From Octopus vulgaris (taxonomy: Eukaryota), in the NCBI GenBank assembly GCA_951406725.2, contig OX597817.1, forward strand, positions 111,848,001-111,912,000: a stretch of DNA of 64,000 nucleotides, given 5' to 3'. Of the stretch, positions 49,101 through 58,690 are shown one piece after another (the stretch's first letter is position 1; each line of letters starts with the position of its first letter). The notes under the pieces were generated by a model. It was given only the letters and a program-made list of their open reading frames with translations, was not told the origin of the DNA and did not search any database. A program made the translations under genes and the position numbers.

Positions 49101-52100
49101 GGGAGGATTAAGCATGAAAAAAGGGATTAAAAATTGGAGGCTTTCTCTCAGTCAAAATTGTTATTGGATACTCTGTTTTTCTTCAAATTATAAGCTAGTC
49201 AAGAGGACAGAGGCAGTGTTCATAAATTTGCATTCCTTTTTGTAGAATGTGATATTTTCTGATTGTATTTACAAAGTGATAGTGTTGTTCAAAATATATT
49301 TGTTGCAGGCAAGTATGATATGATCGAAGCAGATGTGATCTTAAAAGGACAAGGAACATCAAAACAAGCTATGACACCAATTGTATCTGATTTACCTGCA
49401 GTTGATAATAATTTCGAATTAAGGACGTGGTTACAGCAAGTGAAGAAGTATACAAAAGGCATTAAATTAGACTTTCGAACTATCGATGCTGTTGAGATGT
49501 CACTACAGCTATTGAAAAGCATGAAGGATGAGGTAAATTTATTTATTTTGTTTTTATCCATTTCCCTTACTGAGTAGATTCTGCTTCTTTGTCTTTTATC
49601 TACTGAATATAAGCATTCTTATTTTTGTTCCACATGTTGATCATATCTATTCAGCCTTATCAGAGTGACCAATTTTACAAAGTATTTCTTCTGTTTATGA
49701 CATTTTCAATGGATTAGATAAAAATGTTGGTTAGTCATTTTACAACTGAAACTGTCTCTATGAATTAACAGTCATGAGTTTGGGTTGCTCTTCAAAATAG
49801 TTGATTTTATGTCAATGTCTGTAGAAGGTGAGGATTGGCTTAGTACATTTTCTTGCTGGCTGTAATCAAGATATGAGAAATGTTTCTTGATATGATTTTA
49901 TTGTCCTCAGTGTAACAAATAAGTTTAAGGTACTATTTACTTTTATCATTACTCAATGGTTTCATCATGACTAGATCATAACAAACTTTACCTACATCTA
50001 TTTTTGGGATCAATCAAGACAATCTTGTTGTGCAGCCAGTCTTCACTTCTTTTAAGGTGTCGTTTATTTCTTTTTTACTTCCTCTTCTAAAAGACTGTTG
50101 TATGAAGGATGAGAACTTTTTCTCCTTTTGAATAAGGAATAAGGATATGTGTTAGATCTTATTCATAGAACCATTTGCATTTGATATCTATATTAGCTGC
50201 ACAAAGGAGCTTCTTCCCTATATGGTTGCTAGACCTGCTATAATTAGTAGTGAAATTACTCTCCCAATCACACATTTAAACTTAATGCATCTAGGACTAA
50301 ATTGTCAAATGTATCATATGTTTAAAAATGACCGCATGGTCATAACTGGAACAATTCTGATTATTGGTCTACACAATCAGGGTTGTTCTGGAGCTAAACA
50401 GTTACACTGGCAGAATCACTTTTACAAATATCTGATTATCCTCCTAATATGACGTCTGTCATATTATAAATCCTGATAGCTATAAGGACCAGATTCTATG
50501 AATGTGCAAAACAGCAATTAGCTTTACTTTCAAAAAATCTACAAAATGCTGATTAAATGCTTGAGATTGGCTGATCTGCTGTCTAAAGGCTCATCACATC
50601 AAATATGTTTCTGTCAGGTTTTTATCTAATGTGGGATGTGCTTCCCATTTCATTATGCAATACTTGGTTGGTGGTGTGTAGCATGGTAATGTAGACGTGC
50701 TTCATGCATATCTACATTTAAACTGTTTTGATATACATGTAAGTTACTGTGAAGATTGCAGTGGGGGGATAGGCAAAGTGAATTCTGTAGCTACTTAATA
50801 GATCATACATTCATGTGAACAACCTTTTATAGGGTTGAAGTCTGGTAAAGAAATAAATACTAGCAATTGTATGTGTGTTCTTTGTTTGAATCAGAGAGAG
50901 AGAGAGAATGAATTGTAGTGGTGCTTTGATCATTTGTTTATATCTTGAAATGACAGCATGTTGCCAATATAGATTACTTCAGTCATAAATTCCACACTCA
51001 CTCTCAAATGGTTATAGAATGGGAAACAAATATGATAATTTTGCTGTGGAATACAAATCACTTTGTTTTATATTCATTAAACAATGTCCTAAGTAACATT
51101 ATTGTTGATGTAACTACTGCAGCAGTAATTCATATAAATGAATTAACTGTTAAGAATTTCACTGTAAAATGATATTTAACACTACTGTCTCTAATTTGTG
51201 CCTCTAGAAATTAATATTAATGCGTAAAGACCCCCTTTTGTCATGAATGACCATGGGATTGCACCAAGAAAATTACCCTCTGAGGCACTAGTCCGGGCAA
51301 GGTTGTTTATGGACGACCAGCAGTCACCCATGCATACCAGCCTCCCCTCTCCATGCCACTGATGTTATCCAGGGGAAAGGCAAAGACCAATACAGCTTAG
51401 CACTAGTGATATTGCAACTCTTTTCTACAGCTGAGTGAACTGGAGCAATGTGAAATGAAGTATCTTGCTCAAGACACAGCCTTGTTCAGGAATTGAACTC
51501 ACAAGCTCATGATCATAAGCTTATGCTCTAACCACCGAGCCATGTGTCTTCACAGAAATTAATATCATTTTACAATTATTTTATATCTGAATAGTAAGAA
51601 TCATCAAAAAATGTAAACTTAGCAGATAAATTTCTCTCTTAAGCAAATCATCGTTATCATTTAATGTACATGGGCTGAACAGTTTGACCAGATCTATCAG
51701 GTCCTAGTATTGCATATACTCTAATGCTTGCTTTGGCATGGTTTCTATGGTTATATTTCCTTCTTGATGACAACCAATTCATAGAGAGTACTGAGTGCTT
51801 TTTTGTGGTACCAGCTCTAATGAGGTTACCATGTAGCTTGCAAGACCAAGGTCCTTGTTGACTGAGTGGGATTACTGTAGAGAGGGAGATCATTTTATGT
51901 TAGGAGATGAGAGGGTAAAGTATGAGCAAATGTGTCAAAATAGAACAGGCTTCTTGCAGTAGAGGGGCTACATGACAATTCACATTATAGAAGACAGAGT
52001 GAGAGTGATCAGGCTAGAGGTGGAAAGATAAAAATAGTGGGGATGAGGTGTCAGGTAGATCCTCAAAGTTTGAGGTGACTGGGGACAGGAGAACAGGGAG

Positions 52101-55100
52101 TGTGGGCGAGTTGAGGTTGCAAAAGTGTTTGAGAGAGTGAGAGATGGGAAATTGGTGAGGGTTGGTGTTGAATATAATGAATGAAGAATAAGAGTTGATG
52201 GCTGATAAGTAGCAAAGTTAGGGAAATGTATGTGTTAATCGTAGAGATCAAATAGGCTTGAGGGATGGATATAGCGACTGGAAGAATAATGGATGGGAGG
52301 GGTGATCTATGATACATATGGGTTAGGGGAGGTAGGGAAAAATAGGAGATGAATGACAGTGTAGAAAAAGTGGGGGTGATGAAGAGTAGACGATTAGTAA
52401 TAACCACAAGTAAACTGTAATGCCATTGTTATGTCAATATTATTTTTTGATTTAAGGCAGCAAGCTAACAGAACTGTTAGCATGTCAGGCAAAATGTTTA
52501 GTGGCATTTCATCTGGCTTTACATTCCAAGTTCAAATTCCACTGAGGTCAAGTTTGCCTTTCATCCTTTTTTGTTTGATATAAGTACCAGTTGAGTACTG
52601 GAGTCAATGTAATTGACTTAGTCCCTCCATCAAAATTGCTGGCCTTGTGCCAAAATTTGAAACTTATTATTTCTTGATTTTTGCATGTTTGTATGAGATA
52701 TAAATAATAGGCATAATGAGAGAGGATAAAAGAGAGATGACATGGTGGGGCAGGTAGCAACTGTTTGGGGTAGGAGAAGCAGGGGGTAATGCATCCCTTT
52801 TCTTAACTAAAAGTATCAATTCAGATATATTTGTAGAATATTCACAACCAAGTTATAGGCACAGGAGTGGCTGTGTGGTAAGTAGCTTGCTTACCAACCA
52901 CATGGTTCCAGGTTCATTCCCACTGTGTGGCACCTTGGGCAAGTGTCTTCTACTATAGCCTCGGGCTGACCAAAGCCTTGTGAGTGGATTTGGTAGATGG
53001 AAACTGAAAGATGCTTGTTGTATATATGTATATATATATATATGTATGTGTGTTTATATGTTTGTGTGTCTGTGTTTGTCCCCCCAACATCGCTTGACAA
53101 CCGATGGTGGTGTGTTTACGTCCCTGTAACTTAGCGGTTCGGCAAAAAGGCGGTGCTCCAGCATGGCCACTGTCAAATGACTGAAACAAGTAATAGAGTA
53201 AAAGAGTAAATTTAGCACAATTTTCTACTAATGTTTACATATAGAGCTGAGTGATGCAATTCAAGGCTGGAGAGTTGCTGAAGCATGGAACAAACTGCCG
53301 GCATCAGTTGTTAGTTGTCGGAGCACTGCATCCTTCAAAACTTCCATGCTTTCTGAGATTCGCCAACACTACACCTGATTTTCCCCCTCCATACACACAC
53401 AGGCATGTATCTGACTCATACATTGTTCGCTTTCCAGACATTTTTACATTACTGCATGTACTTTATATTCACTTTCTGACAAGTTGTGGTGCACCTGAGC
53501 ACTGTATACAATAATTTCATTATTATTATTATTATATATAAAACATGAAATGTTATGTAATTATATTGTTTTTGTCCTTGGGCAGCAACCGTTATTTCCT
53601 ATTTGTTTATCCCTAGAAAGTATGAAAAATGGCTAATATTTCCTTCAAACTTTGCTTTTGTTATATTATTCAAACCCCAAAGGATCCCTCTCAACACATG
53701 GCTATGATGCTCCCCCACTTCTGCTCATGATCAGAGATGCACATATTGTCAGCCACTAAGGGACATATTCAAGTGGTTATGGTCAAGGTCATGCAACTGA
53801 TGAGAAAATCTGTGGTACTGAGCAAAATGTTTTCTATAACGATATTTCTGCTTCAGCACTGAATCTGACTGAAATGTCAGTTTCAAAACATTGATGTCCA
53901 GGTTAGAAAAGCAAAGTTTGAAGGGAATAGTAGTCATTTCCTTTGATTTGTAGATAGAAGCAAATGGGAAATAACACTTACTGACCAATGACAAAAAAAA
54001 ATTAAAATTTTGTCACATAGTATTATTTAATATAGTAAAATCACAACTAATTTTGTTGATAGTGTGTTGGCCTGGCAGTTGAAAGGTTGATGATTTATGT
54101 TCTGTTATCAACACAGTGTTGCGTCAAACTTTCTGGTCATATAGGTAGGATGTAAAGATCAACAGTACTTGGCTGCAGAATAGGTTCTCCAATTAACTTA
54201 ATCAGCTTTACTGTTGATTTCAGTCTTGATTTTTGATGGTCTATGTACAAAGCTTTTGCTTATATTAAACAATATAACCACAAGCTTTGGACACCAAGAG
54301 AAGGTGGTAGTTGTGGTGGTGGCAGAGTGAGAACCAAAAAGTTATTTTCCAGTGCTGGATTTATTCTGGAGTAAATAGTATATATCATTAAAAAAATAAA
54401 TAAAAGCAAAGTATAGAAAATTTGCAATTTTCCTCTTTACTCTAACCACAAGTAATTGTTATGTTGATATTAGTTTTTGATTTAAGGCAGCAAACTGGCA
54501 GAATTGTTAGCATGCTGGGCAAAATGCTTAGCGGCATTTCATCTGGCTTTACATTCCAAGTTCAAAATCTGTCAAGATTGACTTTGCCTTTCATCCTTTT
54601 TTGGTTGATAAAATAAGTACCATTTGAGTACTGGAGTCAATGTAATTGACTTAGTCCTTTTCTCAAAATTGCTGGCCTTGTGCCAAAATTTGAAACCAAT
54701 ATTATTTCTCGATTTTTGTGTGCTTGTCTGTGATATAAAAGCTGGTCCATCACTTAGATAAAACTTCTGAATGTAACCATCATCTGTACAACATGAGAAA
54801 GGCAACACTAGTTGATAATAAGGAACTTCTGCTTGATGACCTAGATATGATAGAAGTTTGGCTCTAACGTTTTACTATTATAATGAAAGATCTGGGCACT
54901 AATGATTAAAAATATAAAAATTGCAGATTTTTTTTTAATTGACAAGTAGGATGACCATATGAAAAATTTTGGTAAAGGTGAAACCTTAGGAACTTGAAAT
55001 AATGAAATAATGAATAAAGATCTATGATAATACCATCAGTCCAACCTCAAAAGAAATTGATTATTGCTGAAAAGGTCAGATTCTTCTTACATCAAAATCT

Positions 55101-58100
55101 GAGTGAATCTATTCAAAGTTATTCTCAAAAATTATGTAAGTCAGCTCATTTTTGTGAATTTGATAAAATTGGACTTAAAAGATGAGGGACAGATGATATG
55201 ATGGCATGCATTTATCTGAGTTTTGTGTCCAAGCATGAAAATATTTTCAGTCTGTGATCTGAATCATAATGCATGTACTGAATTAATTCAGCAATTTAAA
55301 ATGCTTTTTATAATAGAAGTAGAATGAATAAAAGGTAATGATTTTGATGATATTACTGTGTCAATTGTGGATAGAAACCATTATACATCTCCTTAGAAAT
55401 GTCAATTTTAAGGAGTTAACATTGTTAGCATACCATGCAAAATTTTTAGTGGTATATCATCCATCTTCATGTTCTGAGGTTGACTTCGCCTTTCATCCTT
55501 TCAGGGTTGATATGATAAATACCAGTTGTGTGCTTGGGTCAGTGTAGTTGAGTAGCCCCTTCCCCCAAATTGTGGCTATAGTAGAAGGGATTATAAGTGT
55601 CAATCTTGTGGATATAAGCATACACCATCCTGTATCTTGTAAGCCTGTATTAAGTGTAGTGTACTGAATCACTTTAAAATAATACATAATTCTGTAAAAA
55701 AAAAGTTGAAAAATTAAAAAGGAAAATTTTGCAAGAATTTATGAAATTGACATAAAAAAACATACAGTCATCAATATGGAACTCAAGAGTTTTAACACTC
55801 AAATGAATCAACTGAAATCAGATAACTATAATACCTCAGAACTTTTGAATGAATTTGGATAAACCTAAATTAAGGACTTGTGATCTCAAACTCATTGAAA
55901 TTTTTGGAAAAATTGCCACTTTCATGGAAATTGATTACAGAGTATGTGAATGCTATTGTTGAAAGTCAAAAATAAAATTCATGGTTTGCTTGGTATGGAT
56001 GTGATGAATATTGATAGTTCAACATTAACTTTTGAAATTGAAGCTCTAGAAACATTAACATCTGAAAATGCTAGTGAATTTTGTGGCAGTGGCTTGATAA
56101 GACCAAATATAAATCTATAAAAATATCTCCATACCACCCAAATCAAATGGAATTGTTAGAAAATGATAGCTAGTGTTAAACTGTGTTTAACCCTTTCGTT
56201 ACCAAACCGGCTCTGGCTCTTTAGTACAAATGTCTGGTTTTCAAAAGTTCTGAATTAAAACCTTCCACCAAACCTTAGTTACAATTTATGTCCCTAACTC
56301 TAGCTTAATGATAACGATGTTATTTTACTTAATTCTTTGTTATATTTAACATAATTGGAAGAAACACTGAGCATCTCAAAATAAATTCAGTAACGAAAGG
56401 GTTAAAAGCATATCTTCTAAGTAAAGCTTCCAATAATGCATACTTAAGTTGCGTGCCTTTTAGTTACTGGATAATCACTCACCCAGGAGGCCTTCTTAGT
56501 GCATCAGCTGGATATGATCACCAGTAACAATGTCTGATGAAACTCACTCCAGTTTTATAGTGATGTTGTGAAAATGATGAACCACAAGTTAGATTTATAT
56601 ATCAAGCTGGTGACAATACAGTTGTGATTCTTACTGTGCAGATCACTTAAATAATGATACAAACTAATTGTGAACAAAGTACAAAACCAATCATCAAGCT
56701 TTGAATGATATTCTACACTTTATTAATAAAGGTCATGATTTGAAAACTGATACAGAAACAAATATGGTGTTAGATGCAGTTTTCAAACAATAAAAGGAAT
56801 TAAACCAATTTATTTCCAGGAGAATATTATTGCATGCTTCCCTGTAACTGAGTCTATTTCAGATGAGTATTAATTTAATGCAAGATCAGTTGAATAAAAC
56901 TTCTGATTGTGAAGGGTCACATGTGATCATATCTATATTTAAATGTAAATAATTTATCTATATTGCTTACTGCTATTTACTGTTAAATAAATAAACTTGA
57001 CAATATTTTGCCAGTTAGACGATAGAAGGATTGAGAGGTGGGGCATCAATTGGCCATAATCCAACTCTAGCTAGCTTCTTGTGATTGTTGGTGTTCCATT
57101 GTACAACCTACACGAAACTTATTGTACACATAACTTGGGTAATTAGAAATAGTTTAGACTTTCATAACAAGTTTGACATAGGCAGTTCTCATTTGAAAGA
57201 AATTGTAACTATAAGTGATCATATTGATTCCATAATATAATATGATATACAAATTTTCCTTCTAATAGATAATGTAATACTGGAGTGGAGTCAAACTATT
57301 CAAAAAATATTTCATATTCTTTAAAATTGGAAAAAGAATGTTTTTTTATAGATTATGTTGTGGTGTCTATAATAAACATGTATAAATACCAATGTATTAG
57401 TTATTTTTATTACATTTATGATTTTAAAATACTTTTTTTATATTTCAGCTTAAAATTCCTATTTGGCTGCATGCTGATATCTTAAAAGGCCCTTATAGTT
57501 CTCGACTGCCTGTTGATGCAACTCGTTTTTTTCGTAATGTACGCACATTCTTCCCCACTTGTACTTTGTCTTTAGGATGGACAACTGGTTATCACACAGA
57601 TGTAAGTCAAGCTGGATATACTTGGGACATGGTACTTGATATGCATGATTTAATTATACACTGGGAAATCAGTCAACCACTTGTCTTCTCTGTTCGGCTA
57701 GCCTATATCAAGAACTCAATTCCACAACTGAAATGGTTGTGTGATACGCTTCAAGCTTCATTATTGGTGTGGAATGATAATGAAGATAAACCAGTTCTAG
57801 AAGATGTCATGTATGTAGCTTACCGTTTTCCACCTGAAAAAGCCTTTTTTGACTTTCGAGATGAATATTTGAGCAGCCATCTGAAGCGTTATAGACATTT
57901 TTCTAAAAACTATGTTCATCCACTTGTTTTAGAGAGAGATCAAGTAAAATTCAATCCATATGCTTGGGTAAAAATGGGATTATATATTGAAGAAAATTCT
58001 ATTCTACCTAGTTCAGAATCACTAGTTTTAAAGAGTCCAGCTGTCTATATTGTAAGCATTTCTAAACTTAAGTCTGTTGAAACTCTTCATTTAAAAGGAA

Positions 58101-58582
58101 GAGTTCATTTCCTTAATCGTAAAAATCAAGAAGCTAATAATGGACAGACAGGCTTAAGCATATTTTTTCGTAGTTTTTCTTATTCAGACTATGAAAAAAT
58201 TAGTGGCATTCGTTTTTTTATTGGTGTAAATGGAGATCTTCAAATTTCAGGCCAACATCTTGGGAAAAATGTTCCTGAGTTTAAGAAGAGGGCTCGAGTT
58301 ACTCCTGGTTCAGCTAGTTGTTACCGTTTTGATATTGTTGACCTTCGGCATGAAGTTGTCATGGAAATAAATAGCTTGCATGATTGTGATACTTTAGAAA
58401 GTGTACAACATGAAGACACATCCCATATATCTTTGAGAGTAAACATTCCTAATGAGCTAGCACTTGGGGAACAGCCTTATATTTTAAAAATGGAAGACAA
58501 CAGACGTGTAGCTGTTATAGATGAACTTGATATTCGCACTATTTACCAGACTAAAAAAAAAAAAAACATGAATAGTATTTGA
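46026..58582 (+). CDS. FAM151: FAM151/menorin-family protein (DUF2181, PLC-like phosphodiesterase fold), 4 coding exons, 547 aa
   Basis: Spliced exons 46026-46152, 48508-48666, 49309-49532, 57449-58582 (1644 nt, in frame); motifs MIEADV, KGIKLDF, PIWLHADILKGP, FPTCTLSLGWTTG, GYTWDMV match FAM151A/B. Confidence 0.92.
47283..47457. mobile_element. hAT (Charlie-like) MITE, 175 bp
   Basis: TIR CAGCGGTTCCCAAAC / GTTTGGGAACCACTG with perfect 8-bp TSD GTTTAGAT (47275-47282, 47458-47465). Confidence 0.92.
48508..48666 (+). CDS. FAM151: FAM151-like exon 2 (LLPGFLRQ...YYFEEAERDGSKIRWSRATNTPAKLKAALN)
   Basis: Long polypyrimidine tract + tgtag, GTACAT donor; DG-x-x-I-x-W-x-x-A-x-N motif of DUF2181. Confidence 0.9.
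49309..49532 (+). CDS. FAM151: FAM151-like exon 3 (KYDMIEADVIL...KGIKLDFRTIDAVEMSLQLLKSMKDE)
   Basis: ttgcag/GTAAAT; within ORF 49263..49577. Confidence 0.93.
51225..51555 (-). mobile_element. SINE family C
   Basis: Minus-strand head TGGCTCGGTGGTTAGAGC...GAGTTCAATTCCTG...CTTGAGCAAGATACTT. Confidence 0.7.
52858..53210 (+). mobile_element. tRNA-derived SINE family A (other copies at 1-105, 4920-5270, 18190-18350, 20541-20912, 31375-31520, 42100-42450, 63420-63690)
   Basis: A/B-box-like head TGGCTGTGTGG...GGTTC, core ccttgggcaagtgtcttctactatagcc, internal microsatellite; many dispersed copies. Confidence 0.85.
53265..53535 (+). mobile_element. CR1-like LINE 3' end with (ATT)n tail (related copy 16690-16990)
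   Basis: RVAEAWNKLPASVV motif, conserved 3' UTR, ATT tail. Confidence 0.75.
55080..56700 (+). mobile_element. Decayed retroviral-type DDE integrase relic, interrupted by SINE and MITE
   Basis: TLTSENASEF (SDNGxEF-like) and SPYHP-SNGIV..MIASVKLC|LKAY, the latter split exactly at the MITE's TTAA. Confidence 0.5.
56191..56401 (+). mobile_element. piggyBac-type MITE (211 bp)
   Basis: TTAA on both sides, same TIR CCCTTTCGTTAC...GTAACGAAAGGG as element at 1776-2843. Confidence 0.88.
57449..58582 (+). CDS. FAM151: FAM151-like terminal exon 4 (LKIPIWLHADILKGP...TKKKKNMNSI*)
   Basis: tatttcag acceptor; open 378 codons to TGA; includes ORF 57566..58582. Confidence 0.93.
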   Translation, partial: LKIPIWLHADILKGPYSSRLPVDATRFFRNVRTFFPTCTLSLGWTTGYHTDVSQAGYTWDMVLDMHDLIIHWEISQPLVFSVRLAYIKNSIPQLKWLCDTLQASLLVWNDNEDKPVLEDVMYVAYRFPPEKAFFDFRDEYLSSHLKRYRHFSKNYVHPLVLERDQVKFNPYAWVKMGLYIEENSILPSSESLVLKSPAVYIVSISKLKSVETLHLKGRVHFLNRKNQEANNGQTGLSIFFRSFSYSDYEKISGIRFFIGVNGDLQISGQHLGKNVPEFKKRARVTPGSASCYRFDIVDLRHEVVMEINSLHDCDTLESVQHEDTSHISLRVNIPNELALGEQPYILKMEDNRRVAVIDELDIRTIYQTKKKKNMNSI

Positions 58583-58684
58583 AAAATTGTAAATATAATA
58601 TTTTTTAGGTTTTATTTATAATAGCCTTTGATTCAGCTGAATCTGACTGAACCATCAAATATTTATCTCAGGTTGTTTGATATT

Positions 58685-58690
58685 AATAAA
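58685..58690 (+). terminator. Candidate polyadenylation signal AATAAA of FAM151-like gene (second candidate at 59015)
   Basis: AATAAA ~100 nt after stop; AT-rich background makes this weak. Confidence 0.35.

Noticed and set aside
51960-52410. 114-aa Pro/Ser/Leu-rich minus ORF in purine-rich tract
   Set aside because: Compositional artefact of a GA-rich decayed repeat.
52858-52940. tRNA gene candidates (A/B box-like sequences here and elsewhere)
   Set aside because: They are SINE heads followed by the repeat body; no cloverleaf could be folded.
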